Below, piece after piece: positions 17,210 through 26,087 of a DNA stretch of 35,603 nt; position 1 is the first letter of the stretch; every line of letters starts with the position of its first letter. The position numbers and the translations under genes were made by a program. Source of the stretch: Thermoplasmata archaeon (lineage in GTDB: Archaea > Thermoplasmatota > Thermoplasmata > Lutacidiplasmatales > UBA184). The DNA lies in the NCBI GenBank assembly GCA_030038885.1, contig JASHQY010000051.1, positions 1-35,603 on the forward strand, in the 5' to 3' direction. Under the pieces are notes generated by a model. The model was not told the DNA's origin, did not search any database, and worked only from the letters and a program-made list of their open reading frames with translations.

Positions 17210-17989
17210 CTAGCGCACGGCCATCAGCACCCGATTCTCGAAGACCTGCCAGACGACCGCCACGGTCCGGAAGCGGGCGGCCCGAAGACGCCGGACATGC
17301 TGCGAGAGCGGGATCTCGCTCTCGTGCCGGGGGTGACCCGCCGACCGGCGCTCATGCTCCACGAACGCGTCCCGCAGGGCGGGCTCCCGCCGTGCCGCCG
17401 CCCACCAGCGCGGCCAGCTCTTCCCCGACCCGGGCGCCTCGCGCTTCCACTGCCGGCGGCGGAGGCGGCGAAGCCCGCGCGCCAGTCCGACCAGATCGCG
17501 GTCGCCGGAGTCCCACGGAAGGTCGTCCCCGTTGAGGAAGACGCCCCCCGGCCGGATCAGGCGCCCGAGGTCGAGGTAGAGCTGGGAGAGCTGCGGGGAC
17601 GAGAGCCAATGGAGCGCGGTCGTGCTGACCGCCGCGTCGAACCGACCGGGCGGCAGCGCTGCGCGCCATCCGGGGGCGCCGAGCTTCGCGTCGATCCACC
17701 GGAGGCGGCCACCGACCGTTCCGAGCGCGCCTTGGCCGATCGTCCGAACGACCGGATCGTAATCGACCGCGACCACCCGGGCCGCGGGAAAGCGGCGGAG
17801 GATCCGAATGCTGAACGATCCGGGGCCGCATCCGAGGTCGAGCACCCGGAACCGTCGCCCGAGCCTCGCCTCCAGGACGTCCATCATCGCCCCGAAGCGG
17901 AGCTCTCGCGACGGGTTGAACGACTCCTGCTGCCGGTCCCAGCTCGCGAGCCACGAGGCCCAGTTCGGGGTACGGGGGTGCGTCGGCAT
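17210..17989 (-). CDS. class I SAM-dependent methyltransferase
   Basis: 259 aa from ATG 17989. Contains VLDLGCGPGSFS (motif I), VVAVDYDP and the later LIRPGGVFLNGD. The longer 394-aa track ORF would run across the top6B promoter and start codon, and its extra N-terminus is low-complexity. Confidence 0.75.
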   Translation of the reverse strand: MPTHPRTPNWASWLASWDRQQESFNPSRELRFGAMMDVLEARLGRRFRVLDLGCGPGSFSIRILRRFPAARVVAVDYDPVVRTIGQGALGTVGGRLRWIDAKLGAPGWRAALPPGRFDAAVSTTALHWLSSPQLSQLYLDLGRLIRPGGVFLNGDDLPWDSGDRDLVGLARGLRRLRRRQWKREAPGSGKSWPRWWAAARREPALRDAFVEHERRSAGHPRHESEIPLSQHVRRLRAARFRTVAVVWQVFENRVLMAVR

Positions 17990-18079
17990 GCCGGTCGAGG
18001 GGAGCCGGGTCGAATAAGCGCGTCGCCGCGGACCGGCCGCCGCCGGGAGCGCCGCGCATCGCTCGCGTCCAGCGCCGTC

Positions 18080-18086
18080 CTTATAG
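18080..18086 (+). promoter_or_regulatory. TATA-box-like element (CTTATAG) upstream of top6B, sitting in the loop of the inverted repeat CCGTCC/GGACGG
   Basis: AT-rich heptamer about 25 nt upstream of GTG 18111, which implies a leaderless or near-leaderless mRNA. Flanked by 6-nt inverted arms at 18075-18080 and 18090-18095. Confidence 0.4.
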
Positions 18087-18110
18087 CGAGGACGGTCCCC
18101 ACGTCCGGCG

Positions 18111-20132
18111 GTGACGCCGCCCCCGACTCTCGCCCAGCAGCTCGCGGCGAAGCAACGGGAGATCTCGGTCGCGGAGTTCTTCGAGCGGAACCGCCAGATC
18201 CTCGGGTTCGACAACCCGCAGCGCTCGCTCCTCACGACGGTCAAGGAAGCGGTCGACAACGCCGTCGACTCCGCCGAGGAGGCGCGGGTCCTGCCGGACG
18301 TGCTGGTCGAGATCTCGAAGGAGGGGGACGATCGGCTGCGCGTGGCGGTCACCGACAACGGCCCGGGGATCCTGCGCAAGGAGATCCCCAACATCTTCGC
18401 CCGGCTGCTCTACGGATCCCGGTTCCATTCGAACCGCCAGGCGCGGGGGCAGCAGGGGATCGGGATCTCGGCGGCGGTCCTCTACGCGAACCTCACGACC
18501 GCGCGGCCGGCCCACATCGTCTCCAAGGTCGAGGAGGAGGAGGCGGCGCACGTCCTCGATCTCGTGATCGACACCCAGAAGAACCAGCCACGGGTCGTCG
18601 CGGAGGACCTCCTGCTCTGGGACCGCCCGCACGGCACGCGCGTCGAGGTCGTGCTCAAGGCGCGCTACGTGCGCGGCCGCCAGTCGCCGTACGAGTACCT
18701 TCGCGGGACCGCGATCGTGAACCCGCACGCGCGCCTCGTGCTGGTCGAGCCCGACGGGACCCGCGTGACGTTCGAGCGGGCGTCGCAGGAATTGCCCCCG
18801 CTCGCGAAGGAGACCCTGCCGCATCCCTACGGACTCGAGCTCGGGGAGCTCGGGTACCTGCTGAAGGGAACGCGCCGGCCGACCCTCGGCGAGTTCCTCT
18901 CGAAGGACCTCGCCGGCGTGAGCTCGCGGGCGACCCGCGAGGTCTTCGAGCGATCGGGGATCCGACCGACCCGCCCCCCGTCCTCGATCCAGGGCGAGGA
19001 GCAGGAGCGCCTCCTCGCCGCCCTCCACGAGGTCCCGCTCGTCGCGCCGGCGGCCGACTGCCTCTCGCCGATCGGCGCGACGCTGATCAAGCGCGGGCTG
19101 AGGAACGTGCTCGGCGACCTCCGCCCGGAGTTCTACGCGCCGCCGGTGAGCCGCCCGCCGAAGGTGCGGGGCGGGTTCCCGTTCATGGTCGAGGTCGGGC
19201 TGGTCTACGGCGGCGGGCTGCCGCCGGACCCGCCGATCCAGATCCTGCGCTTCGCGAACCGGGTGCCGCTGCTGTTCCAGCAGGGGGCGTGCGCGATCAC
19301 GACCGCGATCGCGCATCTCGACTGGCGACGGTACGGCCTCGAGCAGAAGGGGGGCGCGGGGGTCCCGAGCGGCCCCGCGGTCGTGCTGGTGCACGTCGCG
19401 TCGACGAAGATCCCGTTCACGAGCGAGGCGAAGGAAGCGATCGCGGAGGACGCGGAGATCGACAAGGAGGTCACGCTCGCGCTCCAGGCGGCGGCCCGCC
19501 ACCTGCGGGCCCACATCTCCCGGATGAGCCGACGGGAGTTCGCGAGCGACAAGTTCGAGATCATCCAGCGGATCCTGCCGAAGCTCGCCGAGAAGACGAG
19601 CCACCTCGTCGGCAAGCCCGCGCCGGACCTCACGCCGGTGATCACCCGGATCATGGACATCGTGCACGTCGACTCGAAGCTCGTCCGGACGGACGCGGCC
19701 GTGCGGCTCCCGGTCGAGGTCACGAACTACACGCCGCGCGCCCGGGTCCTCGAGCTGTTCGTCGAGATCCCGCCCGACGAGTTCGCCGCCGCGACGTTCG
19801 ACCCGGCGCCCGAGGGGACTGAGCCGGCGCTCGGTCGCGCGTGGTGGACGCTCCCGAAGCTCGCCCCGAGCGGCCGGACGCAGCTCGAGGTCCGGTTCCC
19901 GGCGAAGAGCGACGTGGACGCGGGCGATCTCGACTGGTACGTCGTGGGGATCGACGAGTCGCACGTGCTCGGCGCCGACCCCTTGCCCGGCGACTGGGAC
20001 GTGCGGCTCCCGCGGACGATCGTCGAAGCGGCGGAGGCGGCGGAGGCCGAGTCGGCCGCGGCCGGACCGGACGAAGGGGAGGTGGACTACGATGCCGCCG
20101 AGTCGAGCGCGAGCGCGAGCGACGAAGAGTGA
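18111..20132 (+). CDS. top6B: DNA topoisomerase VI subunit B
   Basis: 673 aa. Contains the GHKL/Bergerat ATPase motifs [20 protein letters not shown] and [14 protein letters not shown], followed by the transducer region. Long Ala/Glu/Asp-rich C-terminal tail. Confidence 0.92.
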   Translation: MTPPPTLAQQLAAKQREISVAEFFERNRQILGFDNPQRSLLTTVKEAVDNAVDSAEEARVLPDVLVEISKEGDDRLRVAVTDNGPGILRKEIPNIFARLLYGSRFHSNRQARGQQGIGISAAVLYANLTTARPAHIVSKVEEEEAAHVLDLVIDTQKNQPRVVAEDLLLWDRPHGTRVEVVLKARYVRGRQSPYEYLRGTAIVNPHARLVLVEPDGTRVTFERASQELPPLAKETLPHPYGLELGELGYLLKGTRRPTLGEFLSKDLAGVSSRATREVFERSGIRPTRPPSSIQGEEQERLLAALHEVPLVAPAADCLSPIGATLIKRGLRNVLGDLRPEFYAPPVSRPPKVRGGFPFMVEVGLVYGGGLPPDPPIQILRFANRVPLLFQQGACAITTAIAHLDWRRYGLEQKGGAGVPSGPAVVLVHVASTKIPFTSEAKEAIAEDAEIDKEVTLALQAAARHLRAHISRMSRREFASDKFEIIQRILPKLAEKTSHLVGKPAPDLTPVITRIMDIVHVDSKLVRTDAAVRLPVEVTNYTPRARVLELFVEIPPDEFAAATFDPAPEGTEPALGRAWWTLPKLAPSGRTQLEVRFPAKSDVDAGDLDWYVVGIDESHVLGADPLPGDWDVRLPRTIVEAAEAAEAESAAAGPDEGEVDYDAAESSASASDEE

Positions 20133-21234
20133 CCCGGACGACCTCCCGAAGGTCCGGGCGGACGCGCTGCAGCCGACCCTCGCGCTGGCCGAGCAGATCT
20201 ACGAGCAGCTCGACGAGGGCGAGATCCCCCGGATGCGCCTGCCGCTCCGCACGAAGCAGAACCTCTCGTTCCAGGTCCGCGACGGGGTCTGGCGGCTCGG
20301 GAAGGCGATGGGCACCCGCAGCGCGCGCAAGCTCGACGGCGCGCTGATGCTCCTGCGGACGTTCTACCTCGTCGATTTCATCAACGAGATGTCCCGCGAC
20401 CGCAAGACGTCGACCCTGCGCGAGCTCTACTACATCAGCGAGGCGTGGGAGGACGCGAAGTTCCACAGCGAGGACGAGTCGAACCTCCTGATCGAAGACC
20501 TCGAGGTGATGTGCGAGCGCCTGCGCGAGGACTTCCGGCTCCACCCCGAGGAGAACGGGGCGTCCGTCATCGGCGACCTCACGATCAAGGAGAAGAACCG
20601 CCAGGGCGTCGTGAAGAAGATCAACTGCAAGGACGACGTCGGCGACGGCGGCTACTCGCTGCCGTTCAACGTCGAGAAGGAGAAGATCGAGTTCGTCGGG
20701 ACGAACGCGAAGTTCGTCATCGCGATCGAGTGCGGCGGGATGGTCGACCGGCTCGCGGAGAACAACTTCGACGAGGAGCGCGACGCGATCCTGGTCCACC
20801 TGAAGGGGCAGCCGGCGCGCTCGACGCGCCGGTTCCTCCGCCGGATCACGGAGGAGCTGAAGCTCCCGGTGGTCGTCTTCACCGACGGGGACCCCTGGTC
20901 GTTCCGGATCTACGCGAGCGTCGCGTACGGCGCGATCAAGACCGCGCACCTCTCGAGCTACCTCGCGACGCCGAGCGCGGAGTTCCTCGGCGTCACGGCG
21001 TCCGACATCGAGAACTACGACCTTCCGTCCGACCGGCTCTCCGAGCAGGACGTGAAGGCGCTCCAGGCGGAGCTGACCGACCCCCGGTTCGGGACCGCCG
21101 AGTGGCGCTCCGAGATCGAGCTGATGCTCAAGAACGGAAAGAAGGCCGAGCAGCAGTCGCTCGCGAAGTACGGCCTGAACTACGTGACGGAGCACTACCT
21201 GCCCGAGAAGCTCACCGAGATGGGCGTGCTGTAG
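20092..21234 (+). CDS. top6A: DNA topoisomerase VI subunit A (Spo11 family)
   Basis: 380 aa with [10 protein letters not shown] (catalytic Tyr context), the Toprim region [10 protein letters not shown] and [14 protein letters not shown]. Overlaps top6B by 41 nt. Confidence 0.92.
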   Translation: MPPSRARARATKSDPDDLPKVRADALQPTLALAEQIYEQLDEGEIPRMRLPLRTKQNLSFQVRDGVWRLGKAMGTRSARKLDGALMLLRTFYLVDFINEMSRDRKTSTLRELYYISEAWEDAKFHSEDESNLLIEDLEVMCERLREDFRLHPEENGASVIGDLTIKEKNRQGVVKKINCKDDVGDGGYSLPFNVEKEKIEFVGTNAKFVIAIECGGMVDRLAENNFDEERDAILVHLKGQPARSTRRFLRRITEELKLPVVVFTDGDPWSFRIYASVAYGAIKTAHLSSYLATPSAEFLGVTASDIENYDLPSDRLSEQDVKALQAELTDPRFGTAEWRSEIELMLKNGKKAEQQSLAKYGLNYVTEHYLPEKLTEMGVL

Positions 21235-21339
21235 CCGGTCGGGCCGCCCGTCCGCGCCGACGGCTCGGGACCGCCGCCGGTGGGCTTCCCCTGCGCGACC
21301 TTCGGGGCGGCGTCCGACCCCGGGCGGGTCGCGCCCCCG

Positions 21340-21783
21340 TCAGGTCAGGCCCAGGGCGGAGAGCGCCGGCGGAGCGAGGAGCGTCTCGGCGAGCTCGGTG
21401 GGGGCGTAGACGAACGCGCGCGGGGCGGGCGCGATCCGCTTCCACGCGATCCCCTGCTCGTCGAACTCCGCCGGCTCGGCACCGACCTCCACGACCGGCT
21501 CCGAGAGACGGGCCGGGACCGTCGCGCCGTCGCGGGCGACCCGGAGCACGTCGTTCGGCTCGTCGAGCACGACCCAGGCCACCGGGACGACGAGGTGGAG
21601 GTGGATCAGCTTCGGGCGGAACCGGCTCTCGGTCTCGGTCTCGGTCCGCGAGAACAGCCCGACGTCGCGTCCGCCGATCGGGGCCGTGCGCTGGAACTGG
21701 AACGACCGCTGGCGGAACTCGAGCACGTTGACCTCGAGGTCCCCGGCGGTCAGCACGGGGCCGTCGAGCGGAAGCGCGTACAT
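21340..21783 (-). CDS. hypothetical protein
   Basis: 147-aa ORF with host-like codon usage and an ATG start. No motif recognised. Confidence 0.5.
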   Translation of the reverse strand: MYALPLDGPVLTAGDLEVNVLEFRQRSFQFQRTAPIGGRDVGLFSRTETETESRFRPKLIHLHLVVPVAWVVLDEPNDVLRVARDGATVPARLSEPVVEVGAEPAEFDEQGIAWKRIAPAPRAFVYAPTELAETLLAPPALSALGLT

Positions 21784-21831
21784 AAGCCGGGCCGGGACGC
21801 GCAGCCCTCGGCGGTCTGGCGGAGGGCACCC

Positions 21832-21838
21832 TTATAAA
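21832..21838. promoter_or_regulatory. near-palindromic TATA element (TTATAAA) between the divergent genes 21340-21783 and rpl41e
   Basis: This is the only AT-rich element in the 93-nt divergent gap. It lies 39 nt from ATG 21877 and 49 nt from ATG 21783. Confidence 0.4.
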
Positions 21839-21876
21839 CCGACGACCGTACCCGCGCCCGCTCGGACGCGAACGGA

Positions 21877-21984
21877 ATGAAACGCTCCTCGCGGGTCTGG
21901 AAGAAGCGCGGCCACATGCGCTGGAAGTGGCGCAAGAAGCGGATGCGCCGTCGCATGCGCGCTCAGAAGCTGCGCAAGCAGTAG
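21877..21984 (+). CDS. rpl41e: 50S ribosomal protein L41e (eL41)
   Basis: 35-aa ORF absent from the track: MKRSSRVWKKRGHMRWKWRKKRMRRRMRAQKLRKQ. The KRSSR.WKK.G.MRWKW.KKR.RR pattern matches archaeal L41e as I recall it. Confidence 0.7.
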   Translation: MKRSSRVWKKRGHMRWKWRKKRMRRRMRAQKLRKQ

Positions 21985-22051
21985 CCCGGGGCGACGGTCG
22001 TCCGCGCTCCGCCGGACCATCTCCTCGGCCGGTCCTCGGCCCGTCGCGGCC

Positions 22052-22279
22052 TCACCAGCCGAGCCGGTCGAGCGTGCGGGCCGCCTTGGTCGCCTTCTTC
22101 CACTCCCGGTAGTGGTCCCGGCACAGCGGGGCCCGCCGCCCCTTGTCCGGCAGCTGCGGGAACGCCTTGCGGGCCTCGACGAGCGCGAGGTGCCGCAGGG
22201 ACGGAGCTCCGCACCCCGGGACGATGCACGGCTCCTCGGCCTCGTCGCGCGACGGCCGTGTCGAGGGCGGGGCGCTCAT
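22052..22279 (-). CDS. small Cys/His (putative zinc-binding) basic protein, translationally coupled to sucD
   Basis: 75 aa from an ATG in an ATGA overlap with the sucD stop. Contains CIVPGC ... LCRDHYREWKKATK. The track ORF 22052-23236 is an in-frame read-through across sucD. Confidence 0.5.
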   Translation of the reverse strand: MSAPPSTRPSRDEAEEPCIVPGCGAPSLRHLALVEARKAFPQLPDKGRRAPLCRDHYREWKKATKAARTLDRLGW

Positions 22280-23160
22280 CGGCGGTTCTGCCGCGCGACG
22301 ATCTGGGCCACGAGGTCCGGGATCTCGTAGGGGAAGCGCGCGACCTGGGCCCCGGCAGCGGAGAGCGCCGCGAGCTTCGTCTCGGCGGTCCCCCGGCCGC
22401 GCGAGATGATCGCGCCGGCGTGCCCCATCCGCTTCCCGGGCGGCGACGCCCGCCCGGCGATGTAGGCGACGACCGGCTTCGTGACGTGCTGGCGGATGTA
22501 CTCGGCGCCGTCCTCCTCGGACTGGCCGCCGATCTCGCCGACCAGGACGATCAGGTCGGTGTCCGGGTCGGACTCGAACATCGGGAGCGCGTCGACGAAC
22601 GACGTCCCGACGACCGGGTCCCCACCGAGGCCGATGCACGTCGACTGGCCGATCCCGTGCTCGGAGATCCCGTTGACGATCTCGTAGGTCAGCGTGCCGC
22701 TCCGCGAGATGACCCCGACCCGGCCGCGGCGGAACACGACGTTCGGGATGATCCCGACCTTCGAGAGGCCCGGCGCGGCGATCCCGGGGCAGTTCGGGCC
22801 GATGATCCGACCGCCCTTCGATTTCGAGTAGTGGTACATCACGAGCATGTCGTGGAACGGGATGTGCTCGGTCACGACGACGGAGAGGAGGATCCCCGCG
22901 TCGACCGCCTCGATCAGGGCGTCCTTCGCGAACGGCGCCGGGACGAAGATGCACGAGGCGTTCGCGTGGGTCTTCGCGACCGCGTCCCGCACCGAGTCGA
23001 ACACCGGAACGCCCTCGACCTCCGTCCCGGCCTTGCCCGGCGTGACCCCGGCGACGACCTGGGTGCCGAACAGCTGCATCTGGCGGGTGTGCACGGTCCC
23101 CTGGTGGCCCGTGATCCCCTGGACGACCACGCGCGTCTGGGCGTCGACCAGCACGGTCAT
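22276..23160 (-). CDS. sucD: succinyl-CoA synthetase (ADP-forming) alpha subunit
   Basis: 294 aa from an ATG in an ATGA overlap with the sucC stop. Contains VVQGITGHQG, IGPNCPGI, SRSGTLTYE and MGHAGAII (phospho-His loop). Confidence 0.92.
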   Translation of the reverse strand: MTVLVDAQTRVVVQGITGHQGTVHTRQMQLFGTQVVAGVTPGKAGTEVEGVPVFDSVRDAVAKTHANASCIFVPAPFAKDALIEAVDAGILLSVVVTEHIPFHDMLVMYHYSKSKGGRIIGPNCPGIAAPGLSKVGIIPNVVFRRGRVGVISRSGTLTYEIVNGISEHGIGQSTCIGLGGDPVVGTSFVDALPMFESDPDTDLIVLVGEIGGQSEEDGAEYIRQHVTKPVVAYIAGRASPPGKRMGHAGAIISRGRGTAETKLAALSAAGAQVARFPYEIPDLVAQIVARQNRR

Positions 23161-24290
23161 GCCTTCCCTCCCGCGGCCGCGATCGCGGCCTGGGCCGACT
23201 CCCGCAGGGTCGGGATCGATACGATCCCGGCGGCACGCAGGATCTCGATCCCCTCCTTCTCGTTGTTCCCCCGGATCCGCGCGACCAGCGGGAACCGCTC
23301 GCGCTCCGGCACTTCCTTCATCGCCTCGACGAGCCCCTTCGCGACCGTGTCGCACCGGGTGACCCCGCCGAAGATGTTCAGGAAGACCGCGGTCGGCTTC
23401 GCGCGCGCCATCAGAAGGAACGCCTCGGTGACCTTCTTCGGATCGTCGGTCCCGCCGAGGTCGAGGAAGACCCCCGGGTTCCCTCCGAACTCCTTCAGGA
23501 CGTCGAGCGTCGCCATCGTGAGCCCGGCACCGTTCGCGATGACCCCGATGTTGCCGTCCAGCTGGACGAACGCGATCCCCTTCTCCCGGGCGACCTCCTC
23601 GAGCGGGGTGCGGTCGTCGTGGATCTCGTCGTACTCGGGATGGCGGAACGACGCGTCGTCCTCGATGATCACCTTCGCATCGAGCGCGACGAGGCCGTCG
23701 CCGACGACCGCGAGCGGGTTGATCTCCACGAGCTCGGCGTCCTCGCGGACGAACAGCTCCCACAGCGCGACCAGGAAGGGGTCGAGCGCCCGGGCGGCCG
23801 GGCCCGCGAGGCCCAGCGCTTGGGCGATCCGGCGCTTCTCATAGCCCGCGAGGCCGGGGAACGGGTGCACCGGCACCCGCACGATCGCGGCGTCGTCGAC
23901 CGTCTCGATCTCCATCCCGCCCTGGGCGCTCGCGATCAGGATCGGCACCCGCAGGGTCCGGTCGAGCGTGACCGAGAGGTACAGCTCCCGCGCGATCGGG
24001 AGCTTCTGCTCCAGCAGGAGCTCCTTGACCTTCTCGCCCTTGAACTCGAGCCCGAGGATCGCGGCCGCGGCGGCCCGCGCTTCCTCGGGAGTGTTCGCGA
24101 ACTTGACGGCCCCGCCCTTGCCGCGGCCGCCCGCGAGCACCTGCGCCTTCACCACGCAGGGCAGCGGCACGGTGCCGTCGCGGGTCAGCGCCGCGGCCTC
24201 GTCCGCGGTCCGCGCGACATGGCCCTTCGGCAGCGGCACGCCGTACTTTCGGAACAATTGCTTGCCCCGCCACTCGGCCAGCTTGACCAT
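23157..24290 (-). CDS. sucC: succinyl-CoA synthetase (ADP-forming) beta subunit
   Basis: 377 aa. ATP-grasp N-terminus EWRGKQLFRKYGVPLPKG, VVKAQVLAGGRGKGGAVKF and GNIGVIANGAGLTMATLD. A GAGGT ribosome-binding site and a TTAATA box (24325-24330, minus strand) lie upstream. Confidence 0.92.
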   Translation of the reverse strand: MVKLAEWRGKQLFRKYGVPLPKGHVARTADEAAALTRDGTVPLPCVVKAQVLAGGRGKGGAVKFANTPEEARAAAAAILGLEFKGEKVKELLLEQKLPIARELYLSVTLDRTLRVPILIASAQGGMEIETVDDAAIVRVPVHPFPGLAGYEKRRIAQALGLAGPAARALDPFLVALWELFVREDAELVEINPLAVVGDGLVALDAKVIIEDDASFRHPEYDEIHDDRTPLEEVAREKGIAFVQLDGNIGVIANGAGLTMATLDVLKEFGGNPGVFLDLGGTDDPKKVTEAFLLMARAKPTAVFLNIFGGVTRCDTVAKGLVEAMKEVPERERFPLVARIRGNNEKEGIEILRAAGIVSIPTLRESAQAAIAAAGGKA

Positions 24291-24362
24291 CGTGAACCTC
24301 TCTCGCGCGGCGAGGCAGGCCCTGTATTAAGGCCGACGGGCGCGGCCGGGACTCCGGCCGTC

Positions 24363-25142
24363 TCAGGCCCGCTTGCGCCGGCGCGGCGTGGTCGGCGCTT
24401 CCGCGAGGCCGACCTCGAGCAGCAGCTGGAGCAGATGCTCGTGCTTGTGCTCGTCCGACTCCATGCTGTCCCACAGGATCCGCATCATCCCGCCGAGCTC
24501 GGGCCCCAGATCGATCTCGCTCGTGGCCTCGGCCTCGTGCTCGCGCCGGATGAGATGCTCGACGTCGGCCCGCGTGATGCCGGTCGGCTGGCTGGTCGCT
24601 ACGCCCCGGTCGAGATAGGCCGCCAGCGAGGCGACGATCTCCGCGTGGCGAAGGCTGTCGGAGGCGATCTGCCGGAAGAGCGCCCGCGTCAGCTCGTCCC
24701 GGGAGCGTTGCGCGAGCCGCATGCATTCGGCGACCGCGGCCTGCTCCCCCGCAATCCGGTTCCGAAGCCATCCGGGGACCTTGCGCTGCAGGTCCGGCTT
24801 CAGGGTGTCCTTCTCGCGCGCCCGCGGCGGCGCGGGATGGCCGCCGACGGACTCGCTGAGCTGGAGGGCCGCCTCGAGCAGGATCTTCGGTCCGGCGGCG
24901 CCCGCCATCAGTTCCTGCGCGGTCCGCCGGGCGATCCGATGCGCCTCCTCGTGGCCCAGGTACTCGGACAGCGTCGGTCCGAGGCGCTTCCCCGAGAGGT
25001 ACTGGGACACCGACGACGGGACGATCCCGAGCAGGACCGCCGCCCGCCGTTCGGGCAGGCCGAACCGCTCGACCAGCTCCTGCGCCACGAGCGCCTGGAT
25101 CACCTGGACGGAGGCGATCGGAGACGGGGCCGTATGGTGCAT
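24363..25142 (-). CDS. putative transcriptional regulator: N-terminal XRE-type HTH fused to a C-terminal ferritin-like four-helix domain
   Basis: 259 aa. LPERRAAVLLGIVPSSVSQYLSGKR is an XRE/COG2522-style helix-turn-helix. The C-terminal half has paired E..H-type motifs (SLRHAEI, ESDEHKHEH) in predicted helices. Confidence 0.6.
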   Translation of the reverse strand: MHHTAPSPIASVQVIQALVAQELVERFGLPERRAAVLLGIVPSSVSQYLSGKRLGPTLSEYLGHEEAHRIARRTAQELMAGAAGPKILLEAALQLSESVGGHPAPPRAREKDTLKPDLQRKVPGWLRNRIAGEQAAVAECMRLAQRSRDELTRALFRQIASDSLRHAEIVASLAAYLDRGVATSQPTGITRADVEHLIRREHEAEATSEIDLGPELGGMMRILWDSMESDEHKHEHLLQLLLEVGLAEAPTTPRRRKRA

Positions 25143-25250
25143 CGCGCGGTCACGAGCACCGTCGGGTAGATAGCCCCTCGCGGAACCGAGCGTCGTCCCG
25201 ACCCGCCGCGGCTCCGGGACCCGACCCGCGGGTCGCGCGCGGTCCCACGC

Positions 25251-26054
25251 TCAGACCGCGTTGACCGCGAACCCCAGCACGAAGCCGAGCATCACGCCGA
25301 TGTACACGAGCTTGTTGCGCGCGATCGAGAGCTCGCGGCTCTCGAGGGGCCGGAACGCGACGCGCAGCATCGGAAGGATCACGTAGGCGATCGCGCCGAT
25401 CGCGAGCGCGTCGAAGATGACCAGGAACATGTCGTTGGTCCAGTAGTACCCGATCGCCCCGCCGATCAGGGTCGGCAGCCCCCCGATCAAGAAGAGCCCG
25501 ACCATCATCGAGAGCCGGCGGTTGCTGTTATTCCCGAGGAACGGCGAGGCGATCGGGAATCCCTCCGTGACGTTCTGCAGGAAGAAGCCGATGAACACCA
25601 CCGCGAGGATCCCGAGCGCGCCGAGGGTCCAGTTGACACCGAAGACCAGCCCCTCCGTGAGATTCTGAAGGCCGATCCCGAGCGCGATGATCAGCGCGGT
25701 AGTTCGAGGGCCGGAGTCCGGCCGCACCGGTGCGGTCCCCCCCGCGGGAGCGCTCGTGGGAGCGGGCGCCCGCGACAGGTTGTCCACGATATAGAGCGCG
25801 ACGAACGCAACGACGAACGCCACCCCGAACGCGACGGAGTAGTCAAGATCCGCCACGTACCCGTTCGGATAGAGGATCGGGGCGACGTCCGAGAAGATGT
25901 CGGCCAGGAGGAAGACCAGGATCCCGATCGCGGCCGCGTTGAGGCCGGTCGCCCACCGTCCCTGGGCGCGCTTGCTGTAGACGATCGGCAGCGAAAGGAA
26001 GATCGAAAGGCCCATCGCGGCCGTGAACGCCATGAAGATCCAGAAGTCGCTCAT
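25251..26054 (-). CDS. ZIP family (GufA/ZupT-like) metal transporter
   Basis: Polytopic membrane protein with two ZIP-type motifs, GLQNLTEG and FLQNVTEG. Start placed at ATG 26054 (MSDFWIF...) because the only TATA-like box (26088-26093) lies inside the longer 287-aa ORF that starts at 26114. Confidence 0.75.
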   Translation of the reverse strand: MSDFWIFMAFTAAMGLSIFLSLPIVYSKRAQGRWATGLNAAAIGILVFLLADIFSDVAPILYPNGYVADLDYSVAFGVAFVVAFVALYIVDNLSRAPAPTSAPAGGTAPVRPDSGPRTTALIIALGIGLQNLTEGLVFGVNWTLGALGILAVVFIGFFLQNVTEGFPIASPFLGNNSNRRLSMMVGLFLIGGLPTLIGGAIGYYWTNDMFLVIFDALAIGAIAYVILPMLRVAFRPLESRELSIARNKLVYIGVMLGFVLGFAVNAV

Positions 26055-26087
26055 TCGCCGCCTTCGCCATCCCACGTCAGCGGTCCG

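Noticed and set aside
17990-18394. N-terminal 135 aa of the 394-aa ORF containing the methyltransferase
   Set aside because: The extension would cross the top6B TATA box and start codon. It is Ser/Arg/Thr-rich and does not look protein-like. The methyltransferase fold begins just after M at 17989, which has its own CTTATT box about 25 nt upstream.
18081-19964. 627-aa minus-strand ORF antisense to top6B; the ORFs at 17186-19822 (plus strand) and 19720-21195 (minus strand) are similar
   Set aside because: These are low-complexity Arg/Glu/Asp-rich shadows of the Top6B and Top6A coding frames.
21212-21829. 205-aa minus-strand and 185-aa plus-strand ORFs overlapping the 21340-21783 hypothetical gene
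   Set aside because: Both are Arg/Pro/Gly-rich frames. The 147-aa frame chosen has a balanced composition and an ATG next to the shared TATA region.
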